Positions 29,153 to 43,542 of a DNA stretch of 64,000 nt are shown one piece after another. Position numbers and translations under genes: made by a program. This stretch comes from the human T2T-CHM13v2.0 reference genome, Homo sapiens: the NCBI RefSeq assembly GCF_009914755.1, contig NC_060930.1; one strand, given 5' to 3'. Within the stretch, counting starts at the first letter, position 1, and every line of letters begins with the position of its first letter. Under the pieces are notes generated by a model that worked only from the letters and a program-made list of their open reading frames with translations, was not told the origin of the DNA and searched no databases.

Positions 29153-31946
29153 TGTCACATTTCTTATGCCTAGCAGTCAACCCATTCTCAGCTTATTGGG
29201 GCTCATCTTGCATACCGTCATGTCCCATGCACCCAGCACTGAGTCTGGCAAAAGCTCCTTGAAGGTAGGTACCTTGCACTGTGCATATCATTATCATGTT
29301 CCTTGTGCTCAGCTCTTGGCCTGGCACCCAGTAGTAATTGGAATGATTCTCAGTTGAGCTGTGAAGGATCAGCAGAGTTACCCAGGTAAATGCAGAACAA
29401 CAGGGGATTACTGATAATGGAATTAGCCTTTAAAAGGCACAGATGTAATTACTGAGTCTTAAGTACACATTTTACTCTTACCTTCTAGTTTTTCCCGACT
29501 GTTTTGTTGCTGTTTTGTTTTTCGTTTTTTGGCCAGTCCTGAAAAATGAGTCATGGAAACACATGGCTGGCAACCAGCCTCTGCTTCCTTTCGGGGACCG
29601 CTCGTTTGGGGCCTCAGTTCCACTACATAGTAGAATTTGCATCTTGCTAATTTGCAGTGAGATAAGGCTCAAGTAATTTTCTTGGAGATGACTTGTTAGG
29701 CTCAAGAAGAAGCGGAACAAGAAGCAACTTACTTTAACTTACTTTCACATTTTTCTCCCTATTCTACCTGGAGAGAGATTTTTGTTATTTCATGCTTTTC
29801 TGATGAAAGATGTCATGGGTGGGAACATCTCCAGCAACCCTGAAAGTGTCAGAAACTTTCAAAGAGGAAGGAGAACATGCTTTGAAAGCTGAGTTAAAAC
29901 TCTTCTTTCTTCTGAATGCCCTTCACTGCCTCAGGTCTGGTCTTTTCAACTTGGCTTTTGAAGTTCTGTTATCTTTCAAGCTTAATTCCTCTTGGAGTGT
30001 GACCAACTTACTAGAGAAGCTACATTTTTTCAAAAGGAATATTGAAACCTGAGCATTTCTATGGGAATGTGGATTAGTGTTCCTGTACCTTTTCTCCCGT
30101 TTGCACTTGCTCTATTCAAAAGCACATTCTCCTGCAGACCTGTGGATCCCATGCTTTTGTTTCTCTATCGAATTGACAAGGAAGAGCAAAATGAATACCT
30201 AAAGGGCAACTTCTCTATTAACAATCCTGTTATGAATGAGTTTAGTCCCATATGTATGAGGATTGTTGATGCTCAGAGGCCCAGGGCCACCAATATTTTC
30301 TGAGATTCCAGGCACATTTTTAAAAAAAGTCAAAATACGTGGTATGTGTCAGAGCTTTTCAAAGAGAACAGTATAATCTCATTTGGAGGTATAATGTCAC
30401 GGCTGTAAAGTTGGGACTCTGTCAATGTGAGGCTTGGAACAAATGGGCCTTCTTGCATTCTCATGATGGGCTCTGAACTAAATGCCTATATGTAAGACCA
30501 TCCATGGTGTTCTCTGGGAGTTATTTTGCATCAGAAGCTATTTTTCAGCAAATAATGAACTTCAGAGATTCTTGATAATTTTTTGTAAACCAGGTACAGC
30601 CTTATATTTTTAGCTTCTGTAAACTTTTTTTTTTTTTACTTGATATGATCTTTAGTGAAGAATAATGGAAGCCAAGAAGCCACAGTAATTTCAGTTGTTA
30701 CATTTAATTCTAATAATTAAAAGAATAATTACGATCTGGTAGGGTTTCCTATTTATGGTCCAAGGTATCTGGGTGAGTTGTGAATGGGTTAGAAATGTGC
30801 CAAGATAAATTGTTGTCCTCAGAGGATAAATTGATGCCCTCTGAGCATCTGGACAGGGTCTGGATAGCTAAAGAGTCTCCAGGGTCAGGAATAATAGCTT
30901 TGTATGTACTTTAGGTTGCAAACAAATATTATCACATATAAGTATGTGTGCTGTGGCATGAAAAGGTTTGAGAAGCCCCGTTCCCTGCCTGTGTGCTGTA
31001 ATCCCAGATTTTGAAGGGTTCTACCTGGTACTTTCAGGATGTGGACATAGCTCTCCTTCCTACTCTCTACCTTGTTTTTTAAACTCATGAATTGCCACAA
31101 ACAGCCACTCTTCCCAAGTGTAATAATAACAATGGACTAAATATGATAAGAACAGCTGGGTTCCTAGACTGGTGGGAATCTGAATCCCTGGGATCTGCTC
31201 CCAGCTTTGTAATTACCTGTTGTATGAGCTTAGGCAGGTCATTGAACCTTTCTGCATCCCAGTTTTCTCCTCTGCCATATGAGGGTGGGAAGTGACATAA
31301 ACATTTATTTTGAGTCTCTGCCAGAATTACCTGTGAGATGCTGAAATAATCAGTTTGGAGGGTAGATGTTAACCTTATTATCCATCGTACCTAGACAGAA
31401 CTATCGCTATTGACTTAAGTGGATATCCAGGCCAAGAATTTTTCATCTATTCACAGCTGCTGCCTCTTCATTTGGTGAATTTTCCAAAGTTATTCATGCA
31501 TTAAAGTATGTTCCTAAAAGATTTGCCTGTGTCTATATGATGTAACCAATCAACTGAGGTGCAATAATAACTAGACTCAGAGAATGACAATTTCAGTTTG
31601 CAGCTATTTCCACCATTAGAGAGTAGAAATAAGTGGATCATCCATGGTCTGATTATTTCATTTGTACACACAGAGCCTTGTGCAAATAATTAGTCTCAAT
31701 CATTCTTTAATTAATGTCTAATAGTGATTTCCTAAATATGTCAAAGTAAATAAAAGTGAGTGTTTCTCCTAATCTATGACTGGGAAGTTGTGTATATGTA
31801 GACCCCTATTACTCTCCAGAGGCATTGTGTCCTATGAACTGCCTGCTTCTCTTTGAGTCCACTGGACTGTGTCTGGCACTTTGCCAGGCTAAGATTCATT
31901 AACATGCAAAAAAAGATAGAATTCAAGTGTAATTAAAAACAACAAT

Positions 31947-32329
<383 letters not shown>

Positions 32330-33087
32330 TTAATATGATGAAGGTGGCACTTCATTTATTATTTGAGTTATGGTTTTGGAAACTTACAATTTTAACTCAT
32401 GCTTAATTAAATGTAAAATTTAACAGCTTAATAGAGAAAATTTAGGGATCCATGTTATTAAGGGAAAAGGACTCTTACATAAATAGGAGTCGACATCTAC
32501 CACCTCACTGTAGTATATTACAAGGCATAAAGGAACAAAGTGACTTGAAATGTCATGCTGGTACCTGGCACGAGAAGTCTTTTGAAGAGCAGAGTTTCAA
32601 GTTAGCCCTTGGTTCTTTGTGTTTGTGTCTTACAATGCATGAAAAGTGTAATGGGCATTCAGGAGCTCAGCAAAATCCTGCACTGTGTTCACTGCTAGGG
32701 GATATGTCTGACTCTTTGGTGGACTGGTCACCAGAAATCTATTTGCATAAAGAATTTTAGGTTCTCTTGGCAGAGAACCCAATCGAAGGGAAGAAAGAGC
32801 AGATAAGTTTATCCCTCTAGTAATGCCTTTGTCATTATAATGAAAGAGTGATTCATTCACCCACTCCATTAATGTCTATTAAACATCTATCATAAGCTTC
32901 CGAGTTTAACATGGTGTCTGTTACACAGATTTGTCTTCCACTCCAGCCTGACCCTATTAAGGTCAGGGGTAGATTCTGAACATAGGAACTGAAAGAGTGG
33001 CTTTATTGATATATCACTATAGTGTAGCTTTGGTACTTTTTCAAAGGGAATATTACATAGGAGAGAAAGAATTACCTGCCCCCATAA

Positions 33088-33143
33088 ACACACACATGCA
33101 CACACATATGCGCGTGCACACACACACACACACACACACACAC
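33088..33143. repeat. Interrupted (CA)n microsatellite
   Basis: Read directly from the sequence. Confidence 0.95.
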
Positions 33144-34505
33144 CCATTGTCATTGGTCTTTGGTCTTTGGTTATTTGGAGACTGTGGCAATGCCTGACTA
33201 GGGAAGCCGCAATGCCTGACTAGGGAAGCCACACTGCCTGAACAGAATTGGCTGTAGTACTGAACAAACATTGAGGCACACAGCAGGAGGGCAGCCATGT
33301 TTGACAGGTGATGTGTAGTGCTGACTGGCTTGTATGTCAGCAGAGCTTAGAAGTTCCCAAGGACTCCTGGAAATGCTCTGGGAGTACATTTACAGTGGCT
33401 GGGGGCATGAGGCAGCCAAAGAGATTGACAAAGAATTAATTTCACACGATGAATTCTTAAGTTCTTTCTCCAGATATTTCAAAGACATTATTTGAGACAG
33501 ATATTGGAAAGGTTGGAGTAACTTTTTGAGGATGATCATGTAGTAACCAATAATTTGACCAACTTAACAAACTTCATCCAAAATAATGGTTTGCGTGGCT
33601 GGATTTGGCTGGTTCGTCTGTGAGTATAAACATAGTTGATAATGGGTGTCAGTGAGTGTCTGTGTTGGGGTTCTTTTGTCCCTATGATTCTGACCCCTCA
33701 CCGCGAACACCTTTTGTTTTCAGTAATTGCTTGGATCTTTAGCTCAGAGTTCCTAAGGACGTTTCAGGATCTCAGAGAAAGTTATCAAGACTCTGTTCTC
33801 AGAGGTTCAGGCTTGGGTTTGTATGCTTATTAATTTATCACTTTATATTAATGAAGGAGACCTCAAACACAATAGATGCAGGCAATAATACTAAGTAAAC
33901 ACTTTATTCTTAAATTTATCTTTAAATTTAATTGTGCTTTCAGAGAAACCTGATACAATTTCAAGGTGGAATACTTGCAGTGATGGTCAAGATGAAAGGT
34001 AACGTGATCATCACAATGGGATGAACCAGTTAAAGAATTGCTGAAAATCACATGCACACACACACAATAGTTGGATGTATAATACTTCCTAATAGCACTT
34101 TCAGTATCCTCGGATTAGAAGACATCTGCCTTTTACCGTTGAAACTTCTTATACTATATAGTGACACTTTAGACAAGCTATCCTCTTTTGTCAAAGTATT
34201 TGTTTCCAGATTGGTTGATGTGCTTTTGAAATATCAATTTATTGAGTTTTTCTTTTTTTCTCTTATATATTCTTACTTTGTTTGGCTAGACTGTGACACC
34301 TTTGGAATATAATTTTTTAAAGGCAGCTGTAAATTTGATGGGTAATTGTTAGCAAAAGAATGTTTGAATTGGTCCAAGGATGAACCATTATTATTAGCTT
34401 CTTTCAGCAGGCTTACAAATAAAAATATATGTGTTCATATATATTACATGTATATTAAATGGATGTACATCTTAATTTTAATGCTAATTTATACACATAT
34501 ATATA

Positions 34506-34626
34506 TTTTTTAGATGAGGTCTCGCTATGTTGCTCAGGCTTATCTTGAACTCTAGGGTTCAAGCAGTTCCCCCACCTTAGCCTCCCAAGTAGCTGGGATT
34601 ATAGGCATGTGCCACTGCACTCAGCT
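34506..34626 (-). mobile_element. FLAM Alu monomer
   Basis: AGATGAGGTCTCGCTATGTTGCTCAGGC...GCCACTGCACTCAGC. Confidence 0.8.
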
Positions 34627-35537
34627 AATTCATATTTTTATACAGATTCAGTACATGCTTCTATTCAAGGTTAAGTACAAGGGATTAAAATGTACCCAAT
34701 AAAACGAGATTAGGAAGGGATTAGAAACACATTTTAATTAGAAAATTGCCACCTCAAATCCATTTAGGAAGTCTGCAGGTATAAATAATAAATAGAACTA
34801 CTTACGTACTTTTCTTGACAAGTGGCCCTGGGCTGGAATTCTGGAGAGCTGTATTCTGGTCACACGCCTAACTGGTTTTCCTAGTGACTTTTAGTAATTG
34901 ATGAATTCTTCAGGAGCTAGGAATGTATTAGATGATTAGATGATCAATAAATACCTCTGAATTTCATTAAGTCCAAGAAAAAGCATTTCAGGTCTTTATT
35001 TTCCTATAGAATGATTTTCAATGCCATTTAGAGGAAATCTTGGGATCAACTTGGGAAAAGACGGAGGCTCCTGGCTCTGATCTTTGGGGACTTCAGATTT
35101 TCTGGATCAAGGTGAGATACTACAAATTTGTAAGAAGAAAAGAAATGTTTTCTCTTTTCAGCATAAAAGCCATAATGTTAAGGATATTAAAAAATATCAT
35201 GTAATGTGCACTTTGCATAAACTTATCTGAAATTTAGCATGAAAATTGTTTTTTACTCTGAGCTACAGGGAAGGTGTCCCAGAAGAAATGAGGCTTGCTC
35301 ACTCCATGTTTCCATCACCAGGGGATTGTGTCCTGCAGGGTCACTCTGCCTGCATTCACTAGGCCTGTTCAGTCTTAGGGATTTGCAAAGGTTCTCCTAT
35401 CCTTCAGGACTTCTGTTTGGATTGTTCGGAAATGTCCTTTGTGATTGATGGCTCTTGCCTCATCACCCATTCATGATGAAGGGGAATAAGCTGATTAAAC
35501 ACGACATTTTGTGAGCCCTCCATTTCCTCTTGCTTCT

Positions 35538-36067
35538 TGTATTAGTTTTCTATGGCTACTGTAATAAATCAACACAAATTTAGTGGCTTAGAACAACATG
35601 AACTTGTTATCTTGCATTTCTGTAGGTTTAGAAATCCAACACAGGTCTCACCAGGCTGAAATCAAGTTGTTAGCAGGGCTACGTTCCCTTCTGGAGGCCC
35701 TGGGGGAAAGCTGTCCCCTTGCCTTTTCCAGCTTCTAAAGGCTGCACACATTCCTTGGCTTCTAGCCCCTTCTTTACATCATCAAAGCCAGCATTGTTGC
35801 ATCTCCCTGAAGGTCCTTGAAGTGTAAACCCATTCTTCAGTTCTTATCATTCCACTAACTGCCCCTTACTGCCTCACTTTTCTACCTTTAAGGACCCTTA
35901 TGATTACATCAGGACCACCCAGATAATCCTTGATACTCTCCTCATCTCAAGGCCCTTAACTTCATCATATCTGCAAAGTCCCTCTTGCAATGTAAGCTAA
36001 CATAGTCACATGTTCCCGAGATTAGGATGTAGGTATCTTTGAGGGAGGGCATTATTCTACCTACCAC
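35538..36067 (-). mobile_element. MLT1C/D-type MaLR LTR
   Basis: TGTATTAGTTTTCTATGGCTACTGTAATAAATC...GGGCATTATTCTACCTACCAC. Confidence 0.82.
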
Positions 36068-36306
36068 TCTTCTTATTAAGATTATGTATTTCTTTAAAAA
36101 TTAAGAAACATAAAGTTTATTGCTATATTATAATTTTCATCATGATAAAGTCAAGGTTGAAGTGCAATAGATTATTTGTAAAAATGGTCACAATAATTTC
36201 CTGTCTTATTGGGCATGGCAGCTCATGCTGAGGTTGGGGGAAGGATTGCTTGAAGTAAGGAATTCAAGACCAGCCTAGGCAACTAAGAGAGATTCCATCT
36301 CTTCAA

Positions 36307-36584
36307 TTTTTTTTTTTTTTTTTTTTCTGAGACAGGATCTTAATCTGTTGCCCAGGCTGGAGTGCAGAGGCATGAGCTTGGCCTTCTGCAACCTCTGCCT
36401 CCTAGTCTCAGGTGATCCTCCCACCTCAGCCTCCTGAGTAGCTACAGGTACATGCCACCACACCTGGCTAATTTTTTAAAAATTCTTTTGCCCAGGCTGG
36501 TCTTGAACTCCTGAGCTCCTGTGATCTGCCTGCCTCAGCCTCCCACAGTGCTGGGATTACAGGCATGAGCCACCATGCCTGGCC
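36307..36584 (-). mobile_element. AluJ, tail-to-tail with a plus-strand Alu monomer remnant (about 36210-36300), inside an older MLT1-like LTR (about 36165-37095)
   Basis: Poly-T plus diverged dimer; the flanks resemble MLT1. Confidence 0.8.
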
Positions 36585-37456
36585 AAAACATTTTTAAAAA
36601 AATGATTTCCTTTCCTTTCCTGTATCCACACCCTTATGAAATCCCCTCTCATGTGGACTTTGAGCTTGGCCATATGACATACTTTGGCCAGTGAGACTAC
36701 TGCAAACATGATGGAAGCGGATACTTAAAAAGTACTTGCACACTGGGACTTGCCTTCTCTTGCTACTCTTAAGCCCTTTCTGACTACCATGTGAAGAGGC
36801 CTGGTGCATATACTAAGTGAGAAGATACATGTGACCTAGGCACCTTTGTCATCAAGCCAACAGCTAACACTGGGAGGTAGCACCAATCACTAAGCAGCAC
36901 AAGCCACCAGACATTTAGATGAGGCCACCTGAGATCATCCAGGCAGCAGCTGACCCGGCAGAAACCACAGGTATGTGAAAGAGGCCAGCAGAGGGAAGAC
37001 AAGCTGGGCCAGAACAGAAGAATTGTCCAGCTGAACAACAGAATTGTGAACTAAATTAAATTTTGGGGGGATGGTTGGCTGTGTGGCAAAGGTTAATTAA
37101 TGTGGGAAGGGATAGGTAAACTAGAAACCAAAGTTGAGAATAAGGTTGAATAAACGAAAGTTTAGTTGCAAGGGAGTGGTGACAAAGAAGAGCCCTTAAA
37201 GGCAAAATCATAGACAACGTTTTTTGGAGAGATCATTTGCACAAGTACAGTAGAGGCCCCTCCTTCCTCCTCCACCTTCATGCCCTGACTCTGTGGACGT
37301 TCAGTGTCACAAGAAATGCTCCAATAATCCCTTTCATGGAATGATATAATGTCATAAGAAGGAGCATAAAAATTCCCTGTTCTGATTTTCCTATTTAATG
37401 GGAAGCTCAAAAAGACAAAATGGCTTGCCCATTTCATCCTGAAAGTTTAGCTTATA

Positions 37457-38672
37457 CAGTGATATGCCACATAATGATATTTTTGGGTCTACAATGGACC
37501 TCATATATGACAGGTGGTCCCATAAGATTGTAATGGAGCTGAAAAATTCCTATTGCCTTGTGACCTCGTAGCCATCATAATGTTGTAGCACAATGCATTA
37601 CATTTGTGGTGATGCTGATAGAAACAAACCAACTGTGCTGCCAGGTGTATCAAAGTATAGAACATGCAATTATGTACAGTATATAATACTTGACAATGAT
37701 AATAAATGACTATGTTGCTGGTTTGTGTATTTACTTTTTATCATTATTTTAGAGTGTTCTCCTTCTACTTATTAAAAAAAAATAACTGGAAAACAGCCTT
37801 AGGCAGGTCCTTCAGGAGTATTCCAGAAGAAAGCATTGTTATCATAAGAGATGACAGCTCCATGCCTGTTATTGCCCCTGAAGACCTTCCCGTGGAACAA
37901 GATCTGGAGGTGGAAGACAGTGATATTGATGATCCTTATTCTGTGTAGGCCTAGGCTAATGTATATATTTATGTCTTAGTTTTTAACAAAAAAAGCTTAA
38001 AAAGTGAAAGAATGAGAAAATTTAGAAGTAGAAAAAAGCTTATAGAATAAGGATATAAAGAAAGAAAATATTTTTGTACAGCTGTACAATGTGTTGTTTG
38101 TGTTTTAAGGTGGGTGTTATTACAAAAGAGTCAAAAAGAAAAAATTAAAAATTTTATAAAAAATTACAGTAAGCTAATGTTAATTTATTATTGAAGAAAG
38201 AAAAATATTCTTTTATAAGTTTAGTGTAGCCTAAGTGTACAGTGTTTATATATAAAATCTACAGTAGTGTAGAGCAATGTCCTAGGCCTTCACATTTACT
38301 CGCCACTTACTCACTGATGCCTACAGCAATTTCCAGTTCTGCAAGTTCTATTCATGATAAGTGCCCTAACTGTACAGGTGTAGCATTTAACAATTTTTTA
38401 TATATTTGCACTGTTCCTTTTCTATGTTTAGATGTGTTTAGATAGACAGATCTTTATCATTGTGTTACAATTGCCTGCAGAATTCAATATAGTAACATGC
38501 TGTACAGGCTTGTAGCCTAGGAGTGATAGGCTATACCATATAGCCTAGGTGTCTAGCAGGCTATACCATCCAGGTTTGTGTAAGTACACTCTTATATTGT
38601 TCACACAATTACAAAATTACCTAATGATGCATTTCTTAGAACATATGCCTGTCATTAAGTGATGCATGACTT
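37457..38672. mobile_element. Tigger3b/Golem-type TcMar DNA transposon, near full length
   Basis: TA|CAGTGATATGCCACATAATGA...GGTGGTCCCATAAGATTGTAATGGAGCTGAAAAATTCC...CATTAAGTGATGCATGACTT|TA; about 1.2 kb. Confidence 0.85.
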
Positions 38673-40370
38673 TATTTGCTTTATTTGTAATGAAATGAAT
38701 ATGTTTCCTGGCTTTTTTTTTTTTTTTTTTTTTGAGAACACTCAACACCTATCTTGCAGGAGAATATTGTGTTTGTTTTTCTTTTCATTCCTATGTCTCC
38801 TGTTATAGTCTCAGGATGGGTGAAGTTTTAGTGAGAAGCTCAGTGGCAAGGAGACAATATGACTCTTCCATGGTCAGTATACCCACAGAAACACTTTTTC
38901 CTCAATCTCAGGAGAAAAATGAGCCAAATATGGAGGATCCCATCAGCTGCAGCAAAGCTACTGGCCATGAAGGGAAGTGAGAGAAGCAAAGAGAAGAGTG
39001 AAGCAGAATGGGAAGGAAAATGATGATTCTATGGGCACCAATCATGTGATTTTTTTTTTTTCTCTTTGAAAGATAACCTTCGGCTTATTAATTTTATCAT
39101 CTCTTTTCCAATATTGAACCCTCAGCCTCTAAGGATCAGCCGGGTGTAGACTCAGCATGATGGCCTGGCCTGCTATCTAGCAGGGTCCCCTCAAGGCTAT
39201 GGTGGAAGGACTCGCTCAGGGCCTAGGAAGCTCTGTTGCAGTTTCCATTCTTACATTCCACCTTCTCTTATGACCTACTCTCCAGCTATACTGGATATGC
39301 TAGTCTTTTTCACACTTTGTGCTTTTGCTGTATTGTTTCCCTCATCCTAGAGTATGCTTTTCCTGTTTGTCTGCCTGGTGAGATATTATGATCTTCAAAT
39401 GTGCCTCATGGAAGCCTTCTCTGATTCTTCCAGGCTGAGTTATTTATTTATTTCTCCTACAGTTTCTGAACTGTGACTCACTAGTTCTACTTGGTATGGC
39501 AACATGATCATCTGGCGTTGCTAGAGAGTCTCACCTTTAAAGAGTCATATTAAGTTTATTTACAGGACCTAGTGTTGGATTACCTGATCACGTAGCAATT
39601 ACAACTTCTTTTATAATTTACGCCCAAACCTTTAGGTGAGTCTTCTTGAGGCTTTACCAAGGAAACAGGCAGTTTTAGAGTTGGCCTTAAGGATGTTCTC
39701 TGGTGTCATCAAAGAAATGGAAATGCAAAGCAGAGACATGTGCATTTAGATATGTGTAAGGTAAGCTACCTTTTTGAAATGGTGCTACCCATCTATTAGG
39801 AGACACTCACCTTCTTGACAGACTGTTTTTGAGAGGGGGTGACACATATCTTTAGAAACAATAAAGCCTTTTACCAACACCTCCCGCAAACCTGGTAGAC
39901 TGATGTGGTTCATAAATTCATCAATAGATCTAGCCTGATCAAGTACCAGCCATGGTACTTGATATGACTGAAAGGGTACTGCTTTTCAACTGAACTATCT
40001 TTAAATAACAGACACTTGTTTTTGAAATACCAGTCAGGCACTTTCTATGGGAGCTGCGTATTGCTATCAGTTCAGTTCTGCCTTTCAACTCCTCAATCTG
40101 TTTCTAATCATTATGAAATAGCACTCTTATTCCTAAAAGGTGCAATAAAATGTAACTGAAAAGAATTTTTTGAAAGCTCAAATGTAAAGAAATTGTTTTT
40201 ATAAGATGTATAGTAAGGCATCGTTAATTAGAACCTTACCAAATGATCATATTTTGGACTAAATTTCACTCTTACACGAGCTATAAAAGAAAGGTGTGCT
40301 GTAAAAATTGACAGATGCTAGGGGGCTTGAATAACCTACTTAAGAGAACAGACTATTTTGAAATACTTGA

Positions 40371-40713
<343 letters not shown>

Positions 40714-42730
40714 GGTTTGGTGCTTTGTCTACTTGGCAATAATTGCAATGAATTTGTTTGAAAATATTTTATATTTTCACCTCGTTATCCCAAATTGCTA
40801 GGATTTTTCTGTATTTAGTAATTTTGAGGGGGAATGTTTTTCTTTCTTTCCTAGACTGTAGACTATTTTTAGTGGAAAATGGCTGCTGAGTGTGTGGAAA
40901 GAGTATAAAAGATTTCAGTGGGAAGATTCTACAATCATTTGAGATTCTCCATTGCTGGAAAATTCTCAAATTAGGCTTATGAAGGCAATTTGATTTAGCA
41001 AACAGCTCTCTGGACCAAGCAAATCTTCTCAGCAGGGATGGAATTTGAACTGCACTTGTCCCTGGTTCTCACCTTCCCTGAGAAGCAGTGCATCTGCAGT
41101 GTCCCAGGTGATGCCCCCCACAGGCCTTGAAGCTTGTCTTCCAGAAGAGCCTTCATTTCAGGGGCAGCATTCCAGGAAGCACGCCCATGAAACACTCATG
41201 AGGAGGAACTGGGCTGCCAATTATGACTTGTCACTGCTCCATCAACATAAAAGGTACCACATCTAAGATCAGATGGGATTATAAACCTCATAAGAGTTTA
41301 CAAGCCTTTGCTTGATCATATATTAACTCAGAACCAAAATGTCTTGGGCTTCTGTTATTCTACATTGCAATTATTAAGAAAAGTTTAGTGCCTTAATTAA
41401 TTAAGGGTTTATATGCAGTGGTTTCAGGTGGGTAGGAGATAGACTTGGAATTTCAGGATGTGTATCTATGGGTTTATTTTACTATTCTAAAATCTAAAAT
41501 CTCTCTGATCCTTAGTCTCTCTCCATCCCTTGGGCTATTTGTTTAATTGTAACTGGAATTCCTTGGCTTCCAGAAATGGTGTAATTTTAGCTTTATGGTC
41601 CAGCAGAAACCCCGCCATTGCTTAAACAATTTTTCTCTTTGCAGCTAGAACTGTTCCACAAAGCTGTATGGTTCCACTGTGCCTCTTGAAAACATGCAAG
41701 GTGTTTATGACATAAAAGAAGTAACTTATTAAAGAGAGCCCTCGTGGAGCTATTGTAATGAGGTGAAGATTTCTCTAGAGTTCTGTTGTCTGTCTGATAA
41801 CAGGAAACATTTTTCTAAACAAGTAGGTTTAAAATCTCCACGAGTGTTATGCTATTAAATCATAGCATTTTTATTTCTCCCTACCTAGCTCAATCAGCAG
41901 TGGCTGTGACTGTTTTTTTCAGTGAAATAGAACCTGCCACCCAAAAAATTCTCCCAACATAGGCCCTTGCTTTAGATCTCCGTGGGGAGGCTTAAAGATT
42001 TAAAACAATTCTCAAATTTACTTAGGAAGTAGAACAACTGAAATCACAGTGCTTCCCCCCTCCTGCCCCTGAATTTGAAGAAATACTGGCTTATTGAGAT
42101 AAAAGTTGGCATAAGTCAAATAGAATCTTAGAATAAAGTCTGATATACACTATTGGTAGCAGTAGCAAAGTCTAAGAAAAATTGGTAACATAAAAGATGA
42201 TTACGGAGAAATTTCAATTTATTAACTTTTTTTTATTCCTCTGTGAATCTGGGAAAAGATTACCATTTTTTTATTTTACTGATTGAATACCTGGTCTGAG
42301 TTTTTGAAACATCCGTGTTCCAATGGAGCATAATTTGACAGTTACTGGCACAAAATCATATTGGCTGTATAGCGCTCTAGGAATACTTCTATGAAATTAA
42401 TGATAATACAGTGATTGTGTCCTTGAACATTGTATTCAAATAGTTTATACTGATGGTTAGCAGAGAGTTGAGGCCCAGAGAAATCTGACTGCAGGATCCT
42501 TATATTGACTTCATTCATGGCTTAGGGGAGAAGTGGCTGACATTTAGACCTGAGGCTCTCATTCTAGTGTCATCCCACAGTAAGGGAGGAGCTGGCCTGC
42601 CAGCATGTATTGGTGTCATGCCTGTTTCAAGCTGAGAGTACAGCATCACTGCTCATTCAGACAATAGAGATGATTACCAAGGCGCTGGCTTGAGAAGCAA
42701 TATATACCGACACCGGAGGGGAAAGGGCTA

Positions 42731-42736
42731 TTTATT
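42731..42736 (-). terminator. Distal polyadenylation signal AATAAA
   Basis: Plus-strand TTTATT about 1.64 kb after the stop codon. Confidence 0.7.
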
Positions 42737-43528
42737 TAGAAAAGTTCACCATCAAATCACTAGACAGGATAAACAACTCATGGAGAAAATCAACACTTAT
42801 TACAATCAAAGGGGAATCCATTGTAATTTTCTGATTTCCCTAGGCACTCTCACTGTGATGTTGAACAAAACTCTCTCAAACATCTCCCACTGGATTAGCA
42901 ACTGTGATTGTGAGAAAAAAAAAATCCATCTTTTTGTTGTCGTTGTTAATACCCCTTTCCACATTTTACTGAATATATTTAAGCATAATACAGTGTATCT
43001 GATGTTAGCGAGGCACCAATTTAGCATTAATTTCTCTGGATGGAAATATGAGCCATATGTTTATGTTAGTAATGGCAACACTAGGCAGCTGAATCCTTTC
43101 AGAGCAAATTGATATATTTTCAACTAACAGGGAGAGTTGTGAGATCTTGTTTTCATTTTTGAAGCATCAGCAGCTTTCAGTACAGAGTTTTCTAATCTTA
43201 TTTAATTTCTCTACTGGTCTGACTCTGATTAGAGGTTCAAATAAAATGGTGATTCTTCTATGCCTTGATTCTGTTAAAATATTCCTTGTCTCTCTTCCTG
43301 AGCAGCAGCAACTGCGAGTAAATTAATTGTTACAAAGTTGTAGCAGAGCAGCACTAGGGTTCTTTGAGGTGGCTATTATACTTGATTTCCAGATGGTTGA
43401 GGTTTTTCTTTTTTAATATACTCAACCTCACTTCATAAATACATTTTCACTGGGGTACAGAAATCCAGCAGGGAAGCACATCTTTCCAAGTGCTCTCATA
43501 TGCACGTAAACAGCTTCCATTTTGGAAG

Positions 43529-43542
43529 CCAGCAGGGGGCAC
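43529..43542 (+). promoter_or_regulatory. CTCF core motif
   Basis: CCAGCAGGGGGCAC matches CCASYAGRKGGCRS at every position; occupancy unknown. Confidence 0.6.

Noticed and set aside
41391-41406. Perfect 16-bp palindrome CCTTAATTAATTAAGG
   Set aside because: Low-complexity (TTAA)n core with no supporting context.
42690-43112. 140-aa ORF antisense to the HS3ST5 3' UTR
   Set aside because: It starts at TTG, has no recognisable domain, and its length is compatible with chance.
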